The notes beneath the pieces were generated by a model. The model was given only the letters and a program-made list of their open reading frames with translations. It was not told where the DNA came from and did no database searches. Shown in pieces: positions 1 through 17,322 of a stretch of 64,000 bases of DNA. Made by a program: the position numbers and the translations under genes. The stretch lies in assembly GCF_009914755.1 (NCBI RefSeq), contig NC_060942.1; one strand, 5' to 3'. Numbering within the stretch: the stretch's first letter is position 1; every line of letters begins with the position of its first letter. This stretch comes from the human T2T-CHM13v2.0 reference genome, Homo sapiens.

Positions 1-100
1 AAGATGTTCCATGCTTATCTTGTATATTTCCTGCCCCAATCCTAGAATTAGCCATTTCTCCACTGATCCCTGGGTCTTTTTCTTTGAGAATCATTCAGAA
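1..100 (-). mobile_element. Old L1 (L1MC/MD-type) 3'UTR fragment
   Basis: 'cttatcttgtatatttcctgccccaatcctagaattagccatttctcc' resembles antisense L1M 3'UTR; a related segment lies at ~39265-39360. Confidence 0.4.
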
Positions 101-639
101 ACAGTTTTTAGTTTTTTTCACATAACATATTTTCAAATCTCTAATGAACTTTTGAGATGGAAGACAGGTATTGCTTTCCTTGGTTGATACCACTATATTA
201 CTATATATAATACATTTATCTGTCTGTCTGTCTGCTGTAATATGTATTGTGAAATAAATTTGGTAAACGGAGTGCTTATTGTGAGCCATTAATTTTGGCA
301 GGTCCTTAAGGTTAGAAAACCAGAGGGAGCATAAGCCAGAAGAGCAGGTGCCTTGGTGGCCCTCTCAGCTCTCTTTGGTTTTCAACCTGGCCTCAGGGCA
401 CACCACATACCTGCCTTCTCATTGGGTTCCACATTTCAAAAATAGTTTAAAGTCATTTGCTTTATATTCCAAATATTTAAATGTCAAGTTTCCATCTCAT
501 TGACGATGAGTGTCCATAAGCTTAGAAAGAAAGCTTTCTATGAAGTGTACCTTTTCCCACTGTCTCCAGCTGACAAAGGTTTCTACAAACCTCTGGAACT
601 TTGCTTTACTTTATTGTATTCTGTTCTGGATCAAATTAT

Positions 640-1180
640 TATCGCAATAAATACTTATTGGCTGTCTGCTGTACAGAGCACTATACTGGTGACTCTTCCC
701 AAAGGTGCTTAGAGTTTGAGGAAGAAAATATAGGTTAACAGATAATGACAAATACAACGACATAAATATTTGAAAGGCAGTGTCCTAAGAGTGGGGACTA
801 TGACAGTTCATGGGCATTTTGCAGGTTCACAGAAAGCTTTCTGGAGGAGATGATATCTAAACTGAGATTTTCAAATAAAGAGGAGGTAGCGACTTAGAGG
901 ATGAGAAAGATGTTTCAAGTCAGTTGCAACTTTGTGTAGCTCAGTCTCATGGAACAGAATTCAATACAAAGAATTTGAGATGAAGCTGAAGAGAAGAAGG
1001 TTCCAAGCCATGATGAGCTATTTGGCTCACAGCAAAATCAAATTAATAGGCAGAGAAAGGATTTTCCCATGGAGGAGAAGGTAAAAAGGAATCAAAAGTA
1101 CACCCAGGAGGGTTGTGGCATCCTAGAAGTGAAGGAAAGGGTTTTTCCATAATATGAGAAAATGATGGACAGCAGGTATG
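640..1180 (-). mobile_element. Degenerate L2 LINE fragment
   Basis: 'aatacttattggctgtctgctgtacagagcact' and 'gaaagctttctggaggagatgatatctaaactgaga' resemble antisense L2 3' region. Confidence 0.45.
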
Positions 1181-1184
1181 AGAA

Positions 1185-1385
1185 ACTGAATACACAAATG
1201 GACAATGGCCAGATCATAGATAAAAATAGAACTCTGGGCCACGCCATCAGCAACCACTGGAAGAAGCCAAACCATAATCTCTGCAGCAGTTGGGTTCAAA
1301 ACAGCCAAGACATGAACATTAGCTGCCAGCTTCCTTGATTTTTGACTGTATTTCCAACTTAGAACCATTCAGAGAAATCCAGTTA
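1185..1385 (+). mobile_element. Old LTR fragment (ERVL-like, subfamily uncertain)
   Basis: 'gacaatggccagatcatagataaaaatagaactctg...gccagcttccttgatttttg...ttccaacttagaacca' resembles recalled MER54/73/74-group LTRs. Confidence 0.3.
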
Positions 1386-2760
1386 TTCTCCCTTCATAGT
1401 TATTTGGGGTCTTTTGTGGTTCCATATAAATTCTAGGATTTTTTATTTTTCAATCAGTTAAGAAAGTCATTGGTATTTTGATATGGATTCCACTGAGTTT
1501 CTAGGATGCTTTGGGTAGTATAGCTAGTCAGTTTAACAATATTAATTCTTCCAATCCATTACATGGGATGGCTTTCCATGTTTTTTGTGTTCTCTTCAAT
1601 TTCTTTCATCAGCGTTTTGTAATTTTCACTGTAGAGTTTTTTTTTATATTTTTGATTAATTTTATTAGTTTTTTTGTAGGTATTATAAATTGGATTGCTT
1701 TCTTATTTTTTCAGTTGTATTGATATATAGAAGCACTACTAATTTTCATGTGTTAATTTTGTGTCTTGCCACTTTACTCAATTTATTTATCAGTTCTAAG
1801 AGTTTTTTTGGTGTAGTCTAGGTTTGTCTACATAGAAGATCATGTCATCTGCAAACAGATCATTTGAATTCCTTCTTTCCAGTTTGGATGTCTTTTGTTT
1901 TTGTCTCTTGCCTGATAGCTCTGTCTAGGACTTCCAGTACTATGTTGAATAAGGGTGGTGAAAGTGGTCATCCTTGTGTTTTTCCAGTTCTTAAAGAAAA
2001 ACCTTATAGCTTTCCTGTGTTTAGCATGATGTTAGCTTTGGGTTTATCATGGATGACCTGTATTTTGTTGATATAGTTTCCTTTCATATCTAATTTGTTG
2101 AGAGGTGTTGTTTTTTTTTTTCATCACAAAGAGATGTTGAGTTGTACTAAATGCTTTCTCTGCATCTATTGAGATGATCATTTAGTTTGTGTTCTTCACT
2201 CTGTTGACGTGATGGATCACATTTATTGAATTGCGTGTGCTGGACCACCCTTATATCCCTAAGGATGAATCCCTTGATCATGGTGTATAATCTTTTTGTT
2301 GTGCTGTTGGATTTTGTTTGCTAATATTTTTTGACGATTTTCACATGTATGTTCTTCACAGATATTGGCGTTTTGTGTGTTTTTGGTTTTGTCCTTATCT
2401 GGTTTTGGTAATGCTGCCCTTATAGAATGAGTTAGGGAGAATTCCCTCCTCTTCATTATTCTGGAATAGTTTAGGAAGAAATAGTGTTAGTTCTTTATAA
2501 GTTTGGGGGAATGCAGGAGTAAGGCCATCTGGTCCTCAGGGATTTTTTTGTTCTTGTTTTTAGGTGACTTTTCCTTACTGACTCAATCTTGTTAGGTGTT
2601 ATTGTTCTGTTCAAGTTTTCTATTTCTTCCTGGTTCAATCTCAGGAGGTTGTATGTGTCCTGAAACTTACCCATTTACTCTAGGTTTTCAAATTTACCAG
2701 CGAATAATTGTTCATCGCAGTCTCTAGTGATCCTTTATATTTCTATGGTATCAGTTTTAA

Positions 2761-3369
<609 letters not shown>

Positions 3370-3899
3370 TTGTTATCTGTTGCATTGTTTTTTCAGCCTC
3401 TATTTGTTTAGTTTTCTTCTGATCTTTCTTATTTCTTTTCTTCTACTGATTTTTGGTTTGGCTCATTCTTGTTTTTCTAGTTCCCTGAGGTGCATCATTA
3501 GATTATTTATTTAAAATCTCTCTACTTATCTGATGTAGGCATTTATTGCTCTAAACTTTCCTCTTAGTACAGCATTTGCTGTATCTTATACGTTTTGGTA
3601 TGTTGTATTTCTACTTTTATTTGTTTTGAGAATTTTTTTATTTTCTTCTTAGTTTCTTCATTGACCCAATGGTCACTCAAGAGATGTTGTTTAATTTCCA
3701 TGTATTTGTACAGTTTCCAAAGTTTCTAGTATTGATTTCTAATTTTATTTTATTGTGGTCTGAGAAGATACTTAATATGATTTCAATTTTTAAATTTGTT
3801 GTGACTTTTTTCTGGCCTAACATATGGTCTATCCTGGAGAACATTCCACATGCTGATGACAAGACTATATTCTGTAGCTGTTCAATGAAATTGCTTGTA

Positions 3900-5444
<1,545 letters not shown>

Positions 5445-6130
5445 TGTTATGTGCTAAACTGTGTCTCCCAACTATTCATATGTTGAGATCCTACCCTCCA
5501 GTATCTAAATGTGATTATAATTGGAGATAAGGTCACAAGAGTGGTGATTAAATTTAAATGAAGTCATTTAAGGTAGACCCTAATCCAATATGACCAGTGT
5601 CCTTAAAAGAAAGGAAATTAGAACACAGACACTCATAAAATAAAGACAGTGTGAAGACATAGGGAGATGATGGCCATTGGCAAGCCCAGGAGGGAGGTCT
5701 CAAAAGAAATCAACTCAGCCAGGTGCGGTGGCTCATGCCTGTGATCCCAGCACTTTAGGAGGCTGAGATGGGTGGATCATGAGGTCAGGAGTTTGAGACC
5801 AGCCTGACCAACATGGTGAAACCCCATCTCCACTAAAAATACAAAAATTAGCCGGGAGTGGTGGTGCACGTCTGTAATCCCAGCTACTCAGGAGGTTGAG
5901 GCACAAGAATCACTTGAACCCAGGAAGCAAAGGTTGCAGTGAGCTGAGATTGCACCACTGCATTCCAGCCTGGGAGACAGAGCGACACTGTCTCAAAAAA
6001 AACAAAAAAAAAAAGAGAGAGAAAGAAACTAACTCAGCTGGTACCTTGATCACAGCATCCTGGACTCAAAAAATGTGAGAAAATAAAATTCTGTTGTTTA
6101 AACCACCCAGTCTGTGGTACTTTGACTTAA
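5445..6130 (+). mobile_element. MLT1 (MaLR) LTR interrupted by an Alu
   Basis: Starts 'tgttatgtgctaaactgtgtctcccc'; contains 'attaaatttaaatgaagtcatt' and 'aataaaattctgttgtttaaaccacccagtctgtggtac'. Confidence 0.8.
5717..6014 (+). mobile_element. AluS, full length
   Basis: Dimer with A tail; degenerate TSD 'aaagaaatcaactca'/'aaagaaactaactca'. Confidence 0.93.
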
Positions 6131-6519
6131 CTGATAGCATAAGGTACTTAAAATACTCTATTCCTGATTCATTATTTGTGTATTAAGCATAACAGCATGT
6201 TTCAGTTGCTGTTTCTTCTCATCAGTGTTGGCAGAGTTGGTGAGGGAATGCAGACTGCCAGGACAAATACAAATGTATTTATAAAACTCACATCTTTTGG
6301 ATGTAGCCCTTCAGAGGTATTAATCTCATAAAAAGCTAATCAAAGAATAAAGATGAATCTTTGAGTCTCAAAAGGAATACAAAAAAACTCAATATTTTAT
6401 TTTCTTATTTGAAGCTTTAAGTTTCAGCATAATATAAAAGAACAAAATTACTATCACCTGAGAATCTAAAGCAAAGAAGTTGTTAAAAGTAAGCATAAAT
6501 ATTTGGACTAATTTGATAT

Positions 6520-6819
6520 TTATGTATGTATTTAGAGACAGAATCTCACTCTGTTACCCAGGCTGGAACGTGGTGGTTCAATCAGAGCTCATTGCACCCT
6601 TGAACTCCTGGACACAAGCTATCCCCTTGCCTCAGCCTCCCAAGTAGCTGGGACTACAGACATGCCCCACTATACCTAGCTAACTTTTTAGAAATTTTTG
6701 TGGGGACAGGGTCTTACTATGTTGCCCAGGCTGGTTTTGAACTTTTGGACTCAAGCAATCATCCCGCCTTGGCCTCCCAAAGTGTGGAGATTACAGACCT
6801 AAGCCACTGTGCCTGGCCC
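6520..6819 (-). mobile_element. AluJ, full length
   Basis: 'tatgttgcccaggctgg...ggactcaagcaatcatcccgcc' J diagnostics. Confidence 0.9.
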
Positions 6820-7014
6820 ATATTTGATTTGAAATTACCTTGAGTATCATTTTTCCTCAAGCAAATTTGTGCATTAATTTTGCGGCCCAATAGAGGTGAA
6901 AGAAAACTGAAAACATTGCAAGGTGTATCTGTCATGTGAAATATGTTTGAAAATATAGTTGATTCATAAAGCGAGATAAAAGACAATGTGGAGATAAGTT
7001 ATATATACTTACCA

Positions 7015-7635
7015 TGTTAGTTTTCCATTGTGGCCACAACAAATTACCCAAAATTTATGCTTAAAACAATACCCATTAATTATACCTTCATTTCTGTGGG
7101 TCAGAAGCCTGGGCATGGTGTGGCTGAGCTGGTTCCTCAGCTTCGGGGCTCACAGTACTAAAATCACGGTGTCATCAGGGCTTAGTTCATTGTTCATGGC
7201 TTAGAGGAAGAATCTCCTTACCAGATCATTTGGATTGTTGGCTAAGTTCAGTTTCTTACATTCTAGGGCTGAGCTTACCACTTCCTTGCTTTGCTTTGAC
7301 AGGCTGCCCACCTTCCTCCCCATGCTCCTTTGGTGCCCCCTTTAGCAAGGATGAGCTGAGTTCCTCGGATTCTTTGGATCTTTCTGACATCTCCTTTTCT
7401 GCCAGAGAAAGTTCTCTGCTTTTAAGGGTTTATGATATGACATTGGGCTTGTTTGGTCATCCATATAACCTTCCTATCTTAAAGTCCGTAATCTTAATTA
7501 TAGCTGATATATATATATATTATATATGCTATATAGCTCTATATATATATGCGCAATATATAAGACTATATTTGTCTTATAGTGAAACATCTTCACGGGT
7601 TCGTGGGATTAAGATGTGGACATTGTTGGGGAGCT
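7015..7635 (-). mobile_element. MLT1 (MaLR) LTR with internal TA-rich run
   Basis: 'ttagttttccattgtggccacaacaaattacccaaaa...ttaaaacaatac' to 'gggattaagatgtggacattgttggg' matches antisense MLT1. Confidence 0.7.
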
Positions 7636-8465
7636 ATCCTTCCAGACATGCATTCCAAAGAGAGAGACATGTTCTAGTTCCATATTCTTTTCTTCTTCTT
7701 AATGGGAAAAAATGGAAAGGAAACCGCAGTTTGCTATGTTTCTCATAAATTACTCTAATTCTTTATGGAACAGGATAATAATAAAAATTAACCCAAATAC
7801 AAATGCAATAATTACTATAGATCTAACAATAAGCATACAATGTAAGCATTAAAATGGCCTAAAAATGTGGTGATCAAATAGATCTGGTAAGAAATTTTAA
7901 ACTCCTGAAGCTTCTTAAATCTTTATTCAATCACCAGAAGATCATGTCATCTTAACAAAGTCTCTAAACTATGCTTCTTGTTGTTTGACTAGCAGAAGAT
8001 ATCTCATATAAGTTTTAAAAGCCGCAGTAAACTTATGTATAGTGTTTTCATTACATAAGACACTCATGGTATACTGTTTAGAAATATCATCTTTGCTGCA
8101 CACCAGATGTAGCTAACTAGAAACAAACAAACCACAAATGGTCCTGAATAGAGCATGATTTATATTGAATTACATAATTTGTAAAGTGAGTATGCTATTT
8201 TATTGTAAAGGTAAATCCTAAATTAAATAAATGAAGTATTTATGATATTCTACATTAAAAAATCAAACTTCAAACACAATCTGTAATAGGTTGTTAAAGT
8301 AATAAAATATATCATGTTTTATATATTATCTAATTTGATTATATACATATTTTAAGCATACTCCATTTGAATTTATCATAAAGGACTGAAATATTTGGAA
8401 GCTTATTTTGTTATCTCTCAAACCTATAACATCTCCTAAATTACTTCATCTTAATTAAAGTTTTA

Positions 8466-8850
<385 letters not shown>

Positions 8851-8859
8851 ATTTTAAAA

Positions 8860-9365
8860 GGCCTTAACATTTCCATTACCTTGACTAAACTTTAAATAGG
8901 TTTCTTTCTGACTACAGGCACCTGATCTTCCTCTTCTTGGGACATTTATTTTAGAAAACTTGAAACTCTAAATTCCTTGCTTTAAGGAAATCCCTTTGAG
9001 ATGTAATTCTTTTTAGAAGCTTGTTAGTCATTTTATGACACCAGAATGTGTTTCTGAAGGGCCTGGGAGCCTTCCCTGAAATGGAATCATCAAGGAAAAC
9101 ATGGCTTCCATCTCCCAGTCTCTGTGGGAAGGTAGGGGCCTAGCTCTAATAAGCACCAAATAGTAAACAGAGATGGCTTGACCACAGTGACCAGCCTGCA
9201 CCCTAATGTCCTCCAGGACTTTCCCAGAAATTCACGCCAGCACTTGAAATCCTCCCAGCAGTTTCTTTCAGTGGAGTTGAACTCAGTTTCTCTCCCCTAT
9301 CAAAATAACCTTGAATAAAGTTTCCCCTGCCTGTTTAACTTGCCTGGTGCAATTTTTCTTTGATA
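8860..9365 (+). mobile_element. ERV1 MER4-group LTR (MER31/MER67-like)
   Basis: 'ccttgactaaactttaaataggtttc...catttattttagaaaacttg', poly(A) signal 'ttgaataaagt', end 'aatttttctttgata'. Confidence 0.55.
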
Positions 9366-9529
9366 ATAGAAAAAAAATTAAATTTTATTTCAATGGAAAT
9401 AGAACTCCAATAATAGTATTGGGAGACAAGAAATATAACATCATAGGGGACATAATACATCCAAAAAAATCATATTAGAATTCAAAGTTATGTGCTGTGG
9501 AGAAACAGAGGTTTCAAGTCTTATAAAAA

Positions 9530-10083
9530 TGTTGCAGGAGAGGGGTCCTGATCCAGACCTCCAGAGAGGGTTCTTGAATCTCACGCAAGAAAGAATTCAG
9601 GCCAAGTCCACAGAGTAAAGTGAAAGCAAGTTTATTAAAAAAGTAAACAAATAAAGCAATGGCCACTCCATAGACAGAGCAGCCCTGAGGGCTGTTGGTT
9701 GCCCATTTTTGTGGTTATTTCTTGATGATATGCTAAACAAGGGATGGACTATTCATGCCTCCCCTTTTAAGACCATATAGGGTAACTTCCTGACATTGCT
9801 GTGGCATTTGTAAACTCTCATGGCGCTGATGGGAGTGTAGCAGTGAGGACGACAAGACGTTACTCTTGTGGCCATCTTGGTTTTGGTGGGTTTTGTCCAG
9901 CTTCTTTACTGCAACCTGTTTAATCAGCAAGGTCTTTATGACCTGTATCTTGTGCCGACTTTCTACCTAATCCTGTGACTTAGGATACCTTAACCATCTG
10001 GAAATGCAGCCCAGTAGGTTTTAGCCTTATTTTACTCAGCTCCTATTCAAGATGGAGTTGCTCTGGTTCACAGGCCTCTGACA
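9530..10083 (-). mobile_element. MER41A solo LTR (554 bp)
   Basis: Reverse complement starts 'tgtcagaggcctgtgaaccagagcaactccatcttgaatagg' (MER41 5' end); TG...CA termini; 'aaaa' TSD; no MER41B GAS-containing segment. Confidence 0.9.
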
Positions 10084-11065
10084 AAAACATCTCTCCCCAG
10101 TTTCCCAAAGAATAGACAGAGTAAAATAATCAAATATTTTGTTGTTAAACATAACTAGTGCTTTAGCATTTCAAAAATAATGATCCTTGTTAAAAGGCAG
10201 CTTTTTAAGGTTCAAGAGAATTTAAACTATTTCTCTTACTAATAGACTTTTTTTTTTTTTTTCCAATTCCTTGGATACTCTTGGGCTATCAGTGTTACTA
10301 AGATACAGTTAAAGAAAAAGAAGAAGGAAAAAAAAAAAAAAGCCCGACCCTTGAAAAAGGTTAGCTTAACACTACAGAGATTCTTATTCCTTGTTTTACT
10401 ATAGAATTAAATTAGATTGAAATTGTTACCTTCTCTTTTTTTTTTCCTGAACATAGAGAAAGAATGTTAAGCTAATCCAGGATTGCTGCTCTTCAGTGTT
10501 TTGCAACCTTCCGTTTGCAGCAAGGGCAAAGGTCTAGGCATTGAGATTCTGAAGGGAATCTGCATGACATTGTTAGCAATGGGCAAATGATCTGAAACTC
10601 CCCACACAGCCCATACCACTCTGATTAAAGCTTGGCATTTGTTTTCCTGTTCTTTGGAGCAGACAGCATGCTGCCCGGAATTAGAAATATGAAAGACAGA
10701 GGAACTTCACACTGTGCAGAGAATGTTTCTTGCTCTCCTATTTTCATAAGGCAGATGAGTCGCCAAACTTTCTTCAAAAATAACTTGGATCACTCAAATG
10801 TAAGGATAGATTTCCTCAATATTATCTTTCTATAACATCCCACTCCATGCTCCTGAAATCCTTATGTGGCTATCCCTTCTTAGTTCCATTTAATAAAGGA
10901 ATATTTCAATTGTCTTAAAGTATTAATGAAGAGATTTTGTTTTCTACAAAGTGTCACTCCTCTGTAACTCTTATGGTTGCTCTATGATTTGAGATGATTT
11001 GCTATTGATTAAAGACAACACAAAAAGTATTTTTATAAAACTATGTATGTACAGCACAGTACTAC

Positions 11066-11816
11066 TATAATGATCCAATGAATTCTTCTTGCCTGCTGCT
11101 CACATAGAGTCAATTTATCAAGACAGACGATTGCAATGGAGAAAGAGTTTAATGTACACAGAGCTGGATAAATGGGAGACTAGAGTTTTATTATTACTCA
11201 AAACAGGCTCCTGAAAATTTGGGGACTGGGATTTTTAAGGAATCATTTGGCAGGTAGGGGGCTAGGGAGTGAAGAGTGCTGATTGGTTGGGTTGGAGATA
11301 AAATCATAGGGAGTCAAAGTGAGTTCTTCTTGCTGTCATATGTTCCTGGGTGAGATCCCAGAACTAGTAGATTCAGATTACCAGCCTGGTTAGCACCAGC
11401 TGGTGCATCAGAATGGAAGGTCTGAAAAATATCTCAAACACCAATATTAGGTTTTATAATAGTGATGTTATCCATAGGAGCAAATGAGGAGGTTAGGGAT
11501 CTTGTGGCCTCTGGCTGCATGACTCTTAAACCATAATTTCTAATCTTGTGGGTAATTTGTTAGTTTTACAAAGACAGTCTTGTCCAAGGCTAATTTGTTA
11601 CTTTTACAAGGGCTGTCTCGTCCCTTTGTGTCTGGTAAGAGCTACCATCTTTGTTTCAAAACTAAACTGTAAACTAAATTCCTCCTATAGTTAGTTCAGC
11701 TTATGCCTAGGAATGAACAACGGCAGTTTGCAGGTTAAGGCAAGATGGAGTCTGTTAGGTCAGATCTTTTTCACTGTCATAATTTTCTCGTTATAATTTT
11801 TGCAAAGGTGGTTTCA
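11066..11816 (-). mobile_element. LTR8-family solo LTR (ERV1)
   Basis: Reverse complement starts 'tgaaaccacctttgcaaaaattataac'; 'agagtcaatttatcaagacag...gagaaagagtttaat' at the other end. Confidence 0.8.
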
Positions 11817-13117
11817 GTAAAATTAGCATCTAGGCATCTAGAGTAGGTATATAAACATTGACAGTGCCTAACCCTGCCAGGGTCTTTTTGTCACCTATAA
11901 TATTAAGAGAATATGATGGAGTCTATTTGCTTGAACTTTCACTGCAAGATGACTGAATTCTGGGTGTTATGTGAAAATTCCTCAAAATTCATCATGCTTA
12001 GATTTATAATTGTATTTTTCATATAATTAGTATCATTGACCTTGTAATGTTATTTGGTCATTGATTGATTATTAGAATAAAATAAAGTTGCTTGTATTAC
12101 AAAAATTGCATCTGCTACTCATAGCTATTGCTTCAGTTTTGTTAGTAATCTCCCCAAGCCAAGCAGCTATGAAGTAGGGGAGCCAGGAGTTGAATGTTGG
12201 CATCCCAACTCCAGAGGCCCATGCACCTAACAGTGAGACTTCGTAGCCGTCTTTTAGGTTGTGTTTTGAAATACTTTCCTATTTAAAAAGGCATATTGGA
12301 ATACAAGTAAATTCAAGAGACAGTCTTGAATGTACTATAATTTACATAAGCATAAGTCACTCACAAGCTATAGCCTCATAATTACAGGTTCCTTACAACA
12401 CACCCCTGATTCAAAAACCTGTAAGTAGGAACTGATACTCATTTATGGCAATTGTTCCCATGACTGAGCTAATTAAGGTGCTGTTTTCCTAAGGGACCCT
12501 TTGGATGCTCTCACAGCACTCTGGCATCCACTCTACTTTTCCTTCCCTGACTTTGATACTAGAGCCTCCTGGCCACACATAATGAGTGCTGTCTTAGTGA
12601 TTTCTGCAACCTGTTCTGTTATGCATCGATCTGTTTCCTGCTGCCTCCATTATCAAAGCCCTTGACAAAGAAATACTTACCTTCCTTCTGATGATAGCAC
12701 CATGGTTTTGGCTAAATGGAAGGGTATCCATTAGGATATCCAGCAAACTCTTCTTAGATTTTTTTTTCTCCTGATTTACTCCTCAGATCGGTCCCTTAAA
12801 TGCCAACACTACAGCTTTGAGTCTCGGTATTAAAATCTGGCTTGGCACATGAATGACTTTGATTCTTACTTGCCTAACACAGGGGAGATAAAATTGTTCT
12901 TTCCTGAAATCATTATCATATAGAGTAAAGCCAATCCAACCTATGTGATTTCATATGTAGAGAATCCAAATTGTTGCTGAACTCTACTTTGCCTTTCAAG
13001 AAACCATTGATAGAATCTGAGGGTAACAAGTTTATTATTCCCTTCTACATACTGACCCTACATCTTCTTTAAGTTCATCACTCAAGAAAATTTTATAAAC
13101 TTTATTAGTTGTCCCAT

Positions 13118-13300
13118 CCAGTGTCTTTTAACCTGGAACCTTAAAGAGTACACAGATGGGCTTCAAGTGGCCTGCAAACTTTGTGAAATTACATGCAAAA
13201 TATTAATCACATATGCATATGCATGTTTTTATGGAGATGAGTTTGATAACGTTTATCATATTCTCTGAATGATTAGTGACTACAAAATTAAGGATTACTA
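13118..13300. mobile_element. MER103-like hAT-Charlie DNA transposon fossil
   Basis: 'gatgggcttcaagtggcctgcaaac...gaaattacatgcaaaa...tttatcatattctctga...aaggattacta' resembles recalled MER103C. Confidence 0.45.
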
Positions 13301-13711
13301 CAACACTTATAGAATAAATGAAGGAAATGGGCAGGACTATGAATAACACCTTTTCCACATCAGCCAATAACAGTTCAAGTTAGACTGCATATGCATCCTC
13401 TAAGCTTTCAACTGGCTATAACTCTTCTACTGCCAGCGGTGCTATCAACAAAATATTCTCAAACACACTTCCGTCACAAGATAATTAGTTCTTGAATACA
13501 CTGCAAAAACATATTCTTTATGGCATATCTAGGCTCATAAAGAAGTGACGTAAATGTCCCAAGGGAGAAAAGAAGCAAACAACAAAAAAGTAAACTAAGA
13601 GAATGGAAAGTAGTTAGTAAATGCTAAACTCAAGATTGTCTTTGAGACATAGATGAGTTTCAGCACCAAGATTAAAACATGAAGCTTCAGCCCACAGCAA
13701 AGTTCTGTTGG

Positions 13712-14175
13712 TGCTATGGATTGAATTGTGTGTCCCACCCACTCCCCAAATTCATACATTGAAGCACTAACTCTGAGTGTGACTGTATTTGGAGACAGGA
13801 CCTTTAGGAAGTAATTAAGGTTAAATGAGGTCATAAGGGTGGGACCCTAACCCAATAGGATAAAATCTCTTCTGAGAAGAGCCAAGAGGGTGGGAGGGTA
13901 CGAGGGGACACCGCTCTCTCTCTCTCTTTGCATCTCTGTTCCTCTCTCTCTTTGCATCTCTATTTCTCTCTCTCTTCCCACACTTCACTCTACCTTGTAA
14001 AGACACAGAAAGAAGGTGGCCGTATGTTACAAACTAAGAAGACAGCCTTCACCAAAAACCGGCCCTACCAGACCTTCACCTCACACTCCACAGCCTCCAG
14101 AACTGTGAGAAAGTAAATTTTTGCAATTTAAGCTACCCAGTCTAATTGTTTAAGGAAGGCTGAGCAGATGAATAC
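13712..14175 (+). mobile_element. MLT1 (MaLR) solo LTR
   Basis: 'tgctatggattgaattgtgtgtcc...gtatttggagacaggacctttaggaagtaattaaggttaaatgaggtcat...cctccagaactgtgagaaag...gaataca'. Confidence 0.85.
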
Positions 14176-14855
14176 AGTTGGTTTCTCTAGGACACCAATA
14201 TGTACCCAAAATAACTGGCCAATGCAGTGTCAGGTCAATCAACAATCTGGCACCACACAGAAGCAAGTACATTTTTTTTTTTTCCAGGAGGTAAACTCCA
14301 ACTTTGTTCCATGGATTTCTAAGAATTAGTTTAATTAAATATGAGTTAACAGTCAAATATCACCAAAAACATAAGAAATCCAGTTACAATAAGTGAGAGT
14401 CATTAGGAAAAATAAACAGATTTAGATTCCCAAGGACTGTAGATATTAAAAGTTAGTAAATAAATCATCCACATATGAAATATTTAAAGTAATAAAAGAT
14501 AGCATAAAACAACAAGCAAGAAACAAAAGATTACCAACAATTAAGAAGAATTGGAAAATAACTGAAAACAACCTTAAGAAATTAGAAAAATATATATAGG
14601 AGGAAGTGAAGGATAGATTAGACCAAAAGACAGAGTATTAGTAAAGAAACATTTCTGAAGGAATTAGGACAAATGAAAAGTGTGACATGAAGAAAAGTGT
14701 TACTTAAAGGGACATTTTATACGTTTGAATGTTTCTGTAAAAGAAGAAAGGCTGGAAAATCAAGGCTAACCATTTAACAGGTAAAGATTAATAGAAAATG
14801 AAAAGAAACATAGAAGAAGTAATGTAATCGCATTAAAAACAATCTATAAATAACG

Positions 14856-15489
<634 letters not shown>

Positions 15490-15529
15490 GAATATATATA
15501 TATATATATATATATGTATATTTTTTGTG

Positions 15530-16800
<1,271 letters not shown>

Positions 16801-17127
16801 CTGATGCTACTTTGGGCTTCCACATCCTTTTTTGGGGGTGGGGGCAGGGCTGGTTAACATAGCTCTTTAATTCATTTTGCTACATCGATATGTGTGTATA
16901 TATGTATCTATAGTGTACATACACATACATATATACACACGTATGTGCATATACAGTAACTTTCAAAACATTATATGCTCATTTATAACAATAAAGCAAT
17001 TTTTTTTCTTTTAAAAAGGTATGCAAGAGACTTGTTTACTTACCAAGAATAATAGTTAATGGTACCAATTTGTCATCTTCATCATTTTTTCCCAATGAAA
17101 CAGGAAAGATAAAACGTTAAGCATATG

Positions 17128-17129
<2 letters not shown>

Positions 17130-17161
<32 letters not shown>
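17130..17161. repeat. (GT)16 microsatellite
   Basis: Seen directly. Confidence 0.95.
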
Positions 17162-17169
<8 letters not shown>

Positions 17170-17184
17170 GAGTAATTTGGTTGA

Positions 17185-17322
17185 TTAGCCATCCATCTAG
17201 ATTGCCCAGAAACAGTTCCTTTTGCTAAGGCAATAATCACCTTACCAGGATAATCGCTAATATAGGCCCCCTTTCACTCTCAGAGGTGCTGTTGTGTAGA
17301 GGATGTGTTACACAGTCATTCT
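17185..17322. mobile_element. MER94-like hAT fossil
   Basis: 'ggccccctttcactctcagaggtg...acacagtcattct' resembles recalled MER94. Confidence 0.5.

Noticed and set aside
7230-7748. 172-aa + strand ORF
   Set aside because: Lies in an MLT1 LTR and TA run, has a non-ATG start and no recognisable domain.
13915-13975. ~24-bp tandem duplication encoding 'RERNRDAK' repeats
   Set aside because: Slippage in the CT-rich part of an MLT1 LTR; not coding.
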